64,000 nt of DNA from a virus: positions 1 to 64,000 of the IMG/VR virus record IMGVR_UViG_3300034072_000375; one strand, written 5' to 3'. Below the pieces are notes generated by a model. It saw nothing but the letters and a program-made list of their open reading frames with translations, was not told the origin of the DNA and did no database searches. Below are positions 1 through 9,199 of the stretch, in pieces. Position 1 is the first letter of the stretch, and each line of letters opens with the position of its first letter. Both the position numbers and the translations under genes were made by a program.

Positions 1-679
1 AAAGAAAATATCAAATGAAGTCTTGCAGCAAGCACAAGAACTACGCACACAAGGAAAGTCCTATGAGGAAATCTCTAAGACTTTGAACGTAAGTATTTCT
101 TGGTGCAAACACAACCTATCTTCTGCTCTTGCACAAAAGAAAGAAGTCATTGATGCGCTTGAGTCCAAGAGTAAGACTAGAAAAGGAGTAAGCAAAGGAG
201 AGATTACTAAGGCTGTAAATGTAAACCAACCTAAGAAAGAACTGATTAAAGAAGTAAAGAACGTGACACAACGAATTCGCACACGATCTAAAGAAAATAT
301 CGTTCGTCCTAATTGGATGCCTCCTGAGTTCAGTATGTTCACAACAGAGCAAGTCATGCTTTATGCAAACGAAATGGAACGTAGGCTACAAGAGTACGCT
401 AGTGAAATTCGTGATATACTTTTGTGGACATGCAAGACAGAAGATCAGAAGGAGAGCGTACCGTCTACTCTTTCCCTGAAGTTTGCTATTGCATCTTTGG
501 TGTGTTCTATGACTAACCCTAGTAGTGCTGCTGGAGCTATGCTCAACAACACGACAAACAGCTTGTATGACACAGCACTAAAGCTAGAAAAGAGGAATGG
601 AAATCCTGATGTAAAGGTAAAGGTGATCAAAACACCGCTGCCAGCAGAATTTGAAGACTTGGATGAAGTTGCTTATTAA
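1..679 (+). CDS. HTH DNA-binding protein, 5'-truncated by the window edge
   Basis: Frame is open from nt 2 (KKISNEVLQQ...). N-terminal HTH-like segment AQELRTQGKSYEEISKTLNVSISWC. Confidence 0.6.
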   Translation, partial: KKISNEVLQQAQELRTQGKSYEEISKTLNVSISWCKHNLSSALAQKKEVIDALESKSKTRKGVSKGEITKAVNVNQPKKELIKEVKNVTQRIRTRSKENIVRPNWMPPEFSMFTTEQVMLYANEMERRLQEYASEIRDILLWTCKTEDQKESVPSTLSLKFAIASLVCSMTNPSSAAGAMLNNTTNSLYDTALKLEKRNGNPDVKVKVIKTPLPAEFEDLDEVAY

Positions 680-924
680 TTAAGCAGAAATGGTACGTCT
701 TAGGCTATTTGCACTTTTCCGCATAGTATATATAAAGTGCAAATGGTACAAATAGATTTAATGTATCTTTTATACAACAAGACCTACACCCTACCTTCAG
801 CACCCAATCTTTGTGTTTGAGTAAAGAAATATCCTCTTCCCTCTTGCATGACAGGGTGAAATCGTGTACACTAAGCATCTTTTACAGCCTTCGTTGAACC
901 TTGAAATTAAAGAAAGGAAGCACT

Positions 925-1563
925 TTGTGTACTTACCTAAGCACTAAGAATGAATACTCTATAAAAATAGATTCACTAAAGAACACAAGACACTTGGTAG
1001 AAACTGAGCATTATTCCAAATCTGTAAACGGAATAAAGATTTCATTTGTGTTTTCTTTGTGGTTTAAAGAGGAGCTAATCGGTTGTGTAATGTATGGTCA
1101 AATGGCTACTACTGCATGGAAGAAGTTCGGTAGTAAAGAGAGTGATGTGCTAGAACTTCGTAGACTTGTTGTAAAACGAGGTTACGATAAGAATATTAGC
1201 TCTTGGTTTGTGTCTAAGACAATTAAGTACTTAAAGAAAAATACTGACACAAAAGTAATAGTAAGTTATGCTGACCCTTTTCATAATCACAAAGGATATA
1301 TTTACCAAGCTTTGAATTTTATGTATATAGGTTTATCTGGTAAAGATAAGGCTTATAGAGATAACGAAACAGGTAAGGTCTATCATTCAAGAGCACTTAG
1401 AACTAAGTACAAAGGGAACTTTAAACCTTTTGTTCAAAGACTAAGAGATAAATTAAGTCTAGGATTACTTACAGAAGTAGTGCTTCCTGGGAAACACACT
1501 TATGTGTATGTATTATCTGGAGGTAATTCTTTGGTTAATCTGTCGCTTCCTTATCCTAAGTGA
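925..1563 (+). CDS. mom: Mom-family (GNAT) DNA adenine-modification acetyltransferase
   Basis: Motifs HYS, LIGCVMYG, LELRRLV, SWFVSKTIKYL and VIVSYADPFHNHKGYIYQALNF..G match the Mu Mom-like family. SD AAGGA precedes TTG at 925. Confidence 0.8.
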   Translation: MCTYLSTKNEYSIKIDSLKNTRHLVETEHYSKSVNGIKISFVFSLWFKEELIGCVMYGQMATTAWKKFGSKESDVLELRRLVVKRGYDKNISSWFVSKTIKYLKKNTDTKVIVSYADPFHNHKGYIYQALNFMYIGLSGKDKAYRDNETGKVYHSRALRTKYKGNFKPFVQRLRDKLSLGLLTEVVLPGKHTYVYVLSGGNSLVNLSLPYPK

Positions 1564-1630
1564 AATGTCCTCTTAGAAGCAAGGCTTCTGTGTTATACTT
1601 CTATTTATCAACTAAAGAAAGGAAACTTAA

Positions 1631-2398
1631 ATGACTTCTAATATCCAACTATACCAAGGTGATTGTCTTGAAGTAATGAAAAATATCCCTGATAAGAGTG
1701 TTGATCTTGTCTTGACTGATCCACCTTACGGTACGACTGCGTGTAAGTGGGATTCAATTATTCCTCTAGAACCAATGTGGAAGGAGTTAAAGAGGATTAC
1801 TAAACCTAATAGTGCAATTGTGTTGTTTGGTGCAGAACCATTCAGCAGTCAATTAAGACTTTCAAACCTAGACTGGTTTAAGTACGATTGGATATGGGAG
1901 AAGTCTAAATGCGGAAGTGCTTTTACATCAAAGTACAGACCACAAAGTAAGCATGAGATTATTTCTGTATTTGGTAAAGGCAGGGTTAACTATTATCCTC
2001 AAATGGAAGAGGGGGAACCTTATAAGAGAACCCGTAAAGTTAACAACGGAGATAAACCAAATAACCACAAGCTAGGTGTTACATCAGAGTCCGAGACAGT
2101 TAACACAGGTTATAGATATCCAAGTACAGTACAATTCTTTCAGCAAAGATGGAGAAGACAAGACCAAGTACACCCTACACAAAAACCAGTAGCTTTGATG
2201 GAGTACTTAATCAAGACCTATAGTAATGAAGGTGATGTAGTTTTAGACTTTTGTGCAGGTTCGGGCACTACTGGTGTAGCAGCAAAGAACCTTAATCGAG
2301 ACTTCATTGGTATTGAAATGGACGAAGGGTACTTTAAGATCGCAAGCAGCCGCATAGCGGATGCGGAATTAGCTCAAGAGAGGATTGAGAAGGCTTAA
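1631..2398 (+). CDS. DNA methyltransferase, N6-adenine/N4-cytosine, beta class
   Basis: GDCLE, catalytic DPPY, HPTQKP and SAM-binding LDFCAGSGTT in beta-class order. SD AAGGA. Confidence 0.93.
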   Translation: MTSNIQLYQGDCLEVMKNIPDKSVDLVLTDPPYGTTACKWDSIIPLEPMWKELKRITKPNSAIVLFGAEPFSSQLRLSNLDWFKYDWIWEKSKCGSAFTSKYRPQSKHEIISVFGKGRVNYYPQMEEGEPYKRTRKVNNGDKPNNHKLGVTSESETVNTGYRYPSTVQFFQQRWRRQDQVHPTQKPVALMEYLIKTYSNEGDVVLDFCAGSGTTGVAAKNLNRDFIGIEMDEGYFKIASSRIADAELAQERIEKA

Positions 2399-2403
2399 CT
2401 AAG

Positions 2404-2433
2404 AAGGCTACCTTTAGGGTAGCTTTTCTTTTG
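2404..2433 (+). terminator. Intrinsic terminator
   Basis: GCTACC/GGTAGC hairpin followed by TTTTCTTTT immediately after the MTase stop codon. Confidence 0.75.
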
Positions 2434-2778
2434 TGTACTACATCTACACCGTAATTGATTTAGTGCAAAGTACTTAGATTATAAGTATTTTATTAAGACT
2501 ATAACTAAAATTTTAAGAAATCAAGTAATTATAAATGTTTCTTTGAGTTAAGTCTTTGTGAAAGGGTTTTGTTAAGTTCAGTGATTCTTTGTGTTCAGAG
2601 TGAGTGAACGTTTGTGTTTGGTGAACGTAACGACATTCCTGTCGGAACGTCTTGAAAAGAAGAAGTAGCTGTTGTGTTTACACAACAATGGTATTTCTTG
2701 TATAATTTTTATGCTATGATATTCCTTGTGAGGTTCAGTCCTCATATTGGTGTTTGTTTTATTAAAGAAAGGGAGTTT

Positions 2779-3663
2779 ATGGAAAGAGAAGAGATTGATT
2801 ATAGTCAGTATGTGTATTATGATGAGACTAGTCCTACTTGTTTGAGATGGAAGGTTGATAGGAACCAATCTGTCGAAATTGGTTCTAAAGCTGGAGGTTT
2901 TGAAAGAGATAAATCCGGCAAGGTTATCAAAGCAGAGGTACAAATAAAAGGTAAGGGACACTCTATCAACAGGGTTGTGTGGGCACTCTTTAATGGGAAT
3001 ATCCGCAGAGGTGAGTTTGTTCTCTATATTGATGGAGATAGAGGTAATAATAAAATTTCTAACCTTAGATTGAAGGTAAAAGAAGACTACCCTAAGAGGG
3101 GTAGAATGTCAGAAGAGGATGAACGCCTCTTACGATTATATAGAGGCATTAAAGATAGATGTGGTGCTGGCACACGTGAAGTCCCTGTTGCTTATATTGG
3201 TGCAGGGATGTGTAGTGATTGGTTAAGCGATCCTTCAAAGTTTGTTAGTTTCATCAAAAATACACCTAATTGGAACTCTAAAGATCAGAATGGGAGATGG
3301 TTTAATGTAGAAAAAGATTTGTTTTGTTTCAATTCCAATAAGTTTGGCTACTACCCCGATACTGTGTGCTTTCTTCCCCGTGACCTTAATCAAGCTATTC
3401 AACTTGAGCACAACGGGCAAAGAACTGCAAATAGAGGATTACCTGTGGGTGTAACTAAAGACGGCAATAGATATAAGGCTCAGTTGTCTGTAAACGGTAA
3501 GCCTAAATATCTAGGTAGTGGCACTATTGATGAGTGCAAAGAACTATACAAAAGGGCTAAAGTATCTTCTATTGAAGAACTTATCTCTGTGTGGGAACAC
3601 ATGCTACCAGAAAAAGTTATAAAACAACTAAACCTTTTTGTGAGCCATTTAAAGGCGATTTAA
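2779..3663 (+). CDS. Free-standing HNH-type homing endonuclease with AP2-like C-terminus
   Basis: RVVWALFNG..IDGDRGNNKISNL (HNH_3-like), EKD...YPDTVCFLP..LN and LPVGV...YKAQ..KYLG. SD AAGGGAG precedes ATG 2779. Confidence 0.75.
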   Translation: MEREEIDYSQYVYYDETSPTCLRWKVDRNQSVEIGSKAGGFERDKSGKVIKAEVQIKGKGHSINRVVWALFNGNIRRGEFVLYIDGDRGNNKISNLRLKVKEDYPKRGRMSEEDERLLRLYRGIKDRCGAGTREVPVAYIGAGMCSDWLSDPSKFVSFIKNTPNWNSKDQNGRWFNVEKDLFCFNSNKFGYYPDTVCFLPRDLNQAIQLEHNGQRTANRGLPVGVTKDGNRYKAQLSVNGKPKYLGSGTIDECKELYKRAKVSSIEELISVWEHMLPEKVIKQLNLFVSHLKAI

Positions 3664-3742
3664 GGCCCGCAAATATCTCCAGTAGTGCAGGTATTACCTT
3701 TGGATTAAAATCGCTCTAAAGAGCTTCTAGGCCCTCTCTTGA
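3640..3742. repeat. 10-11 bp periodic element (gyrase-site-like), copy A
   Basis: Phased TTTAAAGGC/TTAAGGCCC and CTAAAGAGC/CTAGGCCC arms around a GGTATTACC core. Confidence 0.55.
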
Positions 3743-4219
3743 GGGTCTTTTTGTTTGTATTTAAATAATACTACAGGGTGTGTTGCATTGTTTTTGTATT
3801 GTAGTTTTATTTGACTAAATATCAGTGAAAAATACCTTGCTGACAGTCCGACGTGTTTGATGCAAGTAAGGAGGTGGCCGATGGTATTATGTATAAATCG
3901 CAAAATATCTGCATGATAAATAATACCCTCATGATATAACCAACGATACATATAGAGGCTCTTAATGGTGCTATTTCCAGTCGATACGATGCCCCATGAT
4001 GCTGCATTTAACATAATAGGTCTTGTATAAAGTCGCATACAATACGCTGGATCACCCTCGATGGTGTCTCATGTTGCCGTGCTGGGGGATAACCTGGAAT
4101 GTATTATAGGATCGGGTTGGTTGATTATGCAGTGGGAGATAATTGAAGGGTAACAATAGCTAGGCCACTTGTAATTGTCAAACCCAAATTACTGACTGGT
4201 CAGTCATTAAAAGATAAGC

Positions 4220-4248
4220 AAAAGAAAACCCGGAGGTTAGTCCGGGTT
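4220..4248 (-). terminator. Intrinsic terminator of the leftward early operon
   Basis: AACCCGGA/TCCGGGTT stem with a T-run on the minus strand. Confidence 0.8.
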
Positions 4249-4254
4249 GCTTCC

Positions 4255-4437
4255 TTACAGTGTCTTTGCTGCTTCTTTTGCTTCTTTGAAGTTAAAGTAA
4301 AATTCACTTACTGTCTGACTACCTGCTTTATATTCTAACTTGTATCCTAGCCCGTCTTTTTCTTTCCTGATCCATGCTACTGTCTTGCCCTCTACCTCTA
4401 CTGTCCAGTCTACTATGCTCTGCTTTGTTACTTTCAT
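4255..4437 (-). CDS. Hypothetical early protein
   Basis: 60-aa ORF with SD AAGGAG and an upstream TG-TATAAT promoter at about 4465. Confidence 0.7.
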   Translation of the reverse strand: MKVTKQSIVDWTVEVEGKTVAWIRKEKDGLGYKLEYKAGSQTVSEFYFNFKEAKEAAKTL

Positions 4438-4659
4438 GTTAGCTCCTTAGTGCCTATGCCTTGAATTATACACTCATTCCGAGCTATAGAACAAACTAAA
4501 TTGTAACAGTTGGGTTTGTTTTCTAGGTGCGAACCCTGCAGAGAAAAGAAAACCCCGAGGGCTGATCGTATAGTGCTTGTTGTTCATGTTAACCCCTCGC
4601 CGCCAGTACAACCCCTGCCGTATCCGTCACAGTAACCCTATCTTCATTGCAGGCACATG

Positions 4660-4842
4660 CTACCCACTCAATAGCATCCTGCCATGTGTTGCACCAGAAG
4701 ACCTTACGCTTACCCGTAGTGCTGCAGATGTGAGAGACTTTGTATCGGCCACTAGTCCCGATGATGCTGCCGCATACAATGGGCATGATTGCCCACCATG
4801 CCAATCATACATCATTTTGCGTGCTGTGCGAGATTGAATCAT
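4660..4842 (-). CDS. Hypothetical early protein
   Basis: SD GAGG. Contains the WHGGQSCPLYA motif seen in small phage early proteins. Confidence 0.5.
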   Translation of the reverse strand: MIQSRTARKMMYDWHGGQSCPLYAAASSGLVADTKSLTSAALRVSVRSSGATHGRMLLSG

Positions 4843-4983
4843 TTGGCTACCTCACTTCCTATAAAACAAAAACCATACAATCAAAATCCAAGGGCTGAAC
4901 CCTAACATCAAGGTATACCCCAGGCACCCTAGGGCATACCCTAATGCAATTAATCGTTTTGTGAGCCTGCGCACAATGGCACT

Positions 4984-5331
4984 TTAAAACACAGCGTAAA
5001 CAAACCCGTCCGCTACTTCACCGCATACGCTGGTACGGTATTCCAAGTATTCCCTGATAGTCTCCTTGATTTCGTCGTCATCCATAGGTTCACCATCAAT
5101 AGTACAATCAATATTGTATTCCCGAATCAGCTCCTCAGTCGAAGACTCGTAGTATTCACAGCACAATGCGATAACATCAAGTTCTACATGTTCCCCAGTC
5201 TCATCGCTGTAATTCTCCAGATAATCAAAAAGAACTTCCAAACCTTCATAACTGAACTGATCCATCCGCCCAGCAAGGCGAAAAGCTTCACGGAATTGGT
5301 AGACATTATTGATGCTTTGAACGATTGCCAT
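4984..5331 (-). CDS. Acidic hypothetical early protein
   Basis: 115 aa, SD AGGAG, strongly D/E-rich. Confidence 0.75.
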   Translation of the reverse strand: MAIVQSINNVYQFREAFRLAGRMDQFSYEGLEVLFDYLENYSDETGEHVELDVIALCCEYYESSTEELIREYNIDCTIDGEPMDDDEIKETIREYLEYRTSVCGEVADGFVYAVF

Positions 5332-5414
5332 GGTGTGTGCTCCTAAGTTAACACGGTTGAAAATCTATCTTACCATAGAACCCTAGACAATCCAAGGTTC
5401 TACAGGAAAATAAT

Positions 5415-5609
5415 TTATTCTTGATCGTCTAGTTTCCCATCACAAGACAATGCGTGCATTATACAAAACCCCATCGATTTTGCCGCTTGGCTATAGTCCA
5501 AATTTGATTCGACTTCTGCGCCATATTGCACCGTAAAATTATCGGGCTCGGTTTGTGATAAAACAATATCATAACCCGCTATTTCAATTTTAAATACTTC
5601 TTTCATCAT
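5415..5609 (-). CDS. Hypothetical protein
   Basis: SD AAGGTG. Tightly packed in the leftward operon. Confidence 0.65.
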   Translation of the reverse strand: MMKEVFKIEIAGYDIVLSQTEPDNFTVQYGAEVESNLDYSQAAKSMGFCIMHALSCDGKLDDQE

Positions 5610-5615
5610 TTCACC

Positions 5616-5897
5616 TTAATGAAAATACTGCCCTACAATTACTTGGTCACAATCCGAAGTATACCGCACCAGAACCCCAGAAAAATAACTATCTGAAACA
5701 TACCCCTTCCACTTATCGGATATGGCTGTGTGATCAACCCGCATAAATTCCCCCAGATCATACACATGGTTTTTATACCTAAAAAATGAACCTTCGCCCT
5801 CCTCCAAGTAGTCGAATTCCTTTTGTTCCGCTGGTGTCAAATCATACCATGAAAGGATGGTACGGGGGTGATTGTTTGTTACGATCTTCACGATCAT
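5616..5897 (-). CDS. Hypothetical protein
   Basis: 93-aa ORF with ATGA overlap to the upstream ORF. Confidence 0.7.
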   Translation of the reverse strand: MIVKIVTNNHPRTILSWYDLTPAEQKEFDYLEEGEGSFFRYKNHVYDLGEFMRVDHTAISDKWKGYVSDSYFSGVLVRYTSDCDQVIVGQYFH

Positions 5898-6124
5898 GCC
5901 TTTGCGTAGAATTTAACGGATTGGTTTGTTTCTTTGGCAATATTAACATGCTCTACTGAAACGCGCAAGTAAGCACAATTGACAATGCAAAACAAAAGAC
6001 CCTTTTCTGCCAGTTCAATTTGTTTGCTATAGGTTTTGATGACTCGCATGGTTTTGCTTTCGGTTAGCTGAAACAATGCCTAGACTATAACACAAAGTAA
6101 GTGCTACAGTTTAGGGATTTATGC

Positions 6125-6319
6125 TTAGTTTTTTGCAAACAATGCTTTAACATTGCCCAAACATAGCCCTTTTTCGTCGGCATAGGTCGCCCGCGCCTCT
6201 TTACAGGTGCGCGCCCATGTTGTACTAGCAACATAATTCCAAGAACCAGCCGCGCCTACATATATGTGAATTTTAGGGTAATCCCTGTAGGTGCCGTACG
6301 GTGCATTTTTGCGGTTCAT
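6125..6319 (-). CDS. Hypothetical early protein
   Basis: SD AGGAG, 64 aa. Confidence 0.65.
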   Translation of the reverse strand: MNRKNAPYGTYRDYPKIHIYVGAAGSWNYVASTTWARTCKEARATYADEKGLCLGNVKALFAKN

Positions 6320-6424
6320 GTGCCTAACTCCTGTGAATCAATGCCTACATCTTATCACGAAAAACAAGACACACCGCACTAGTACAAACCCTAGTACGTA
6401 CATCTACTTACCGCAAAGCATAGA

Positions 6425-6530
6425 ACTGCTTTAAAGCCCCTAGAAGCTCCGATCTGGTCTTACCCTATGCTAACCCTCACCCTCGATCTTTTCTCGCCTT
6501 CTAGGCCGTTCTGGCGCGTTCTGATGCTCT
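6425..6530. repeat. 10-11 bp periodic element (gyrase-site-like), copy B
   Basis: TTAAAGCCCC-TAGAAGCTCC ... CTAGGCCGTT-CTGGCGCGTT-CTG arms around a TACCC-containing core. Confidence 0.5.
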
Positions 6531-6539
6531 GCGGTGCTG

Positions 6540-6800
6540 GTGATAATCCGATAATCGAAGGGATAATGCAAAGCAGATAATCGAAGCAATAATATTACCT
6601 CGATTATCACGAGATAATGCTATAATATTATCTCCCGGATTAAATCCCGGATTTTCCGGGGTTCCTATGCCATCTCAATTCTATACCTCTGTGGAGGTTT
6701 TTGATTTTCAGAGAGATGTGAGGGTTTTTATTTTGTAGAATATTAATATTTCAAATCTTTAGCCTGCGTAGGAATTTTCGGAGTGTGAGGGTTTCTAGCT
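6540..6800. repeat. Cluster of short GATAAT, CCGGATT and GTGAGGGTTT repeats (candidate packaging/terminus signal)
   Basis: At least five GATAAT copies (two as GATAATCGAAG) plus inverted ATTATC, two CCCGGATT and three GTG(G)AGG(G)TTT in a non-coding stretch. Confidence 0.55.
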
Positions 6801-6941
6801 AAATTCTACAACCAAATAAATTTACTCAGGCCGTAAGATTTTTTCAAGAAAAAGAAAACCCCTTGAATACTCCCCAAATTAGGAGAAATAAATCAAGGGG
6901 TTTATAATATTACAAAAACATAACTTGTTGATTGAAGTTTA

Positions 6942-7247
6942 TTACTCAGGCATATACATTCTTTGAATAGCTTCTTTGATGATCTTATAACCTTTCTTTT
7001 CGTCATAACTTTCAAGGTATCCGTCAATGATTTCACCTTGGATGATTTCATGCATTACAAGAGTATGATAAAGCTCTGATTCCCAATTTGAATTACCAAA
7101 AGGGCGCTTACCACTAAAACCGTCACCTTCTTCCCACAAAGAAGAAAGAAGTTCTTGCAAGTAATCTCCAATTGTGTCTGCACTTGCATCGTTTTCTTGC
7201 ATTGGCAGATTAAGAATATCTTGTACTGTGTATTTAACTTTAGTCAT
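6942..7247 (-). CDS. Hypothetical protein
   Basis: 101 aa. Contains a TIGDYL..LL..LWEEGDGFSGKRPFGNS.W motif typical of a conserved phage hypothetical family. Confidence 0.75.
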   Translation of the reverse strand: MTKVKYTVQDILNLPMQENDASADTIGDYLQELLSSLWEEGDGFSGKRPFGNSNWESELYHTLVMHEIIQGEIIDGYLESYDEKKGYKIIKEAIQRMYMPE

Positions 7248-7249
7248 AA

Positions 7250-7612
7250 TTATTCATCCTTTGCTTTATATTCTTCATACATGCTTTGCATCCACGCTTT
7301 TCTTGTTATCTGAAGTTTACAACCATCGTTTTGATCTTGCACTTCTGGATGAATATTGTGAACGTGGTGAAGATAAGAATTAAACGTATCATAACTACCT
7401 AGACGGCTTTCAATAACTGAAAGCAGACCCGATGCATCATTGAAACACATAGGATTACCGTTCACCACTTGATTGATGCAATTGCAGATAAATTCGTACT
7501 TATCTGGGGGATGACTATGACTTTTAACATCAAGATACTTCATAGCCTCCTTCAGCACTTCATGCTTCTTGGTGATGCCTTCTTGATAGACTAACTTCTT
7601 ACTCTTTGACAT
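7250..7612 (-). CDS. Hypothetical protein
   Basis: 120-aa ORF, SD AAGGAG. Confidence 0.7.
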   Translation of the reverse strand: MSKSKKLVYQEGITKKHEVLKEAMKYLDVKSHSHPPDKYEFICNCINQVVNGNPMCFNDASGLLSVIESRLGSYDTFNSYLHHVHNIHPEVQDQNDGCKLQITRKAWMQSMYEEYKAKDE

Positions 7613-8008
7613 AGTTGATACTCCTTGGCTATTCTTTCGGTACGATTTATGAAACCTGAGTTTATACCGAAACTACAATGAAATCAAGATTGTCCCGCAA
7701 TTTTCCAAGAATTTCTACAAAATCCCCAGCAATTCCGTGACAACCTTTTCAAAATCACCCGAAAAATCCGAAATCTGAAAACGATTTTCATTTAAGAGTT
7801 TCAGAACCTAAATTCTACCTCAACCTTTACCGTATTATGCAAAGGATTTTTTAGCATCTGCACAGAATCTAGATTCACGTAATGAATATGTGTCTCAGTC
7901 TCCTCTTCAAACTTCTTAATAAGACTCAAGATATCTTCTTGCAGCTTATCACGAAGTTCTTTTGCTTTTTGGATTTCCATTTTGGTTTCCTTTCAAAATA
8001 ATTACAAT

Positions 8009-8371
8009 TTAAGACTCTACAAACTGTTCCAAGCCTTGAGTATAAGCCAACAACTGCTTATCTGTCAACACATCTTCTGGTTTAACCTCGTTACCTTCAT
8101 GGTCTTCTACAGAGATGACCTCCCATGATTTTAGCTCTACATGCCCATGATAATCCAAATCTGAAGCCCAAGTAGTAGGATCAGGAGGGATAACCTTCCA
8201 GATGCATTCTACCGTTGTAAACAACTCGTACTCAGTGCCCCAAGCATCCTCGTACACGAAGTAAAACTGCTTGAGTTCAGGATCGAGATAGGGCTTCTTG
8301 CTACTTGGTTGGTACAAGATGTAATCAAAATCTTCTTCGGTGTAGTGCTCTAGGGTGTCAAAGTGCTGCAT
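8009..8371 (-). CDS. Acidic hypothetical protein
   Basis: 120 aa, SD AGGAG. Confidence 0.7.
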   Translation of the reverse strand: MQHFDTLEHYTEEDFDYILYQPSSKKPYLDPELKQFYFVYEDAWGTEYELFTTVECIWKVIPPDPTTWASDLDYHGHVELKSWEVISVEDHEGNEVKPEDVLTDKQLLAYTQGLEQFVES

Positions 8372-8671
8372 GTTGTTCTCCTATAAAATCCAAGGTACTT
8401 TTAGCTTTTCGTTCAAGATTCTTCAGAATTCAGAAACTCTTTATTCCTCTCATGCCAAGCTACGGACATAGCAAACTTCTCCAGCTTAGAAATCAATCGC
8501 ATATGCGCTGGAGAGTTGTAATCCGAAGAGGACTTAGGTTCTGGGTAGAGAAGTCCTAGAGATTCTGCTAGTTGGATGATTTCTTGTCGATTCATATGTA
8601 CATTCTAAATTCTTTAATTAGTTCAGGAGTAATGTCGAAAGTTGAGGCTGAATATCAAACAGGTCTTGCAT

Positions 8672-9199
8672 TTAAATCTCCTTATAAAAAACATGCTGAT
8701 GAATGACTTTAACACGTTCAAACTTCTTAGTCCACTTATTCTTTACTTTCGTGTGAGCATAATGCAACACATCTTCGTCAAGAACAGGCTTAAAAGCCCC
8801 TTGGACAGCTTCCTGTGCAACAGATGATACCTTACGGTACGCTTCTTTGTCAAGCTCTCTAATGGGCTTTAAAGGCTTTGTAGCTAGGTTCTTGTCTGAG
8901 TTAAAAGCACTAAATTGCTTGTCTTGGAGTATAACTCCACAGAAGGTACTAGGATAGCCTTTGGCTTTCTTTCTGTTGTAGATTACAGACATTACTGCAC
9001 GGATACCTTCTTCTGGTTCTGATCTGGCTTCTGCATACAGAGTGTTGACGAGACACCTAAACTCTTTATTATGATACTCAGATACAACAATCCCTCCAGA
9101 CTCTCTACTCTTTGAGGGAATAGAAAGAAGGGAGGGGAATGAAATTCCGAGAATAAAAATGAAAATCAACCAAGAAATTTTTAATTTCTGCATTACCAA
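8672..9199 (-). CDS. Cell wall hydrolase, SleB/Hydrolase_2 family, with N-terminal membrane anchor
   Basis: CLVNTLYAEARSEP, VMSVIYNR, YPSTFCGVI..QFS and IHQHVFY motifs. Hydrophobic N-terminus. Confidence 0.88.
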   Translation of the reverse strand: MVMQKLKISWLIFIFILGISFPSLLSIPSKSRESGGIVVSEYHNKEFRCLVNTLYAEARSEPEEGIRAVMSVIYNRKKAKGYPSTFCGVILQDKQFSAFNSDKNLATKPLKPIRELDKEAYRKVSSVAQEAVQGAFKPVLDEDVLHYAHTKVKNKWTKKFERVKVIHQHVFYKEI

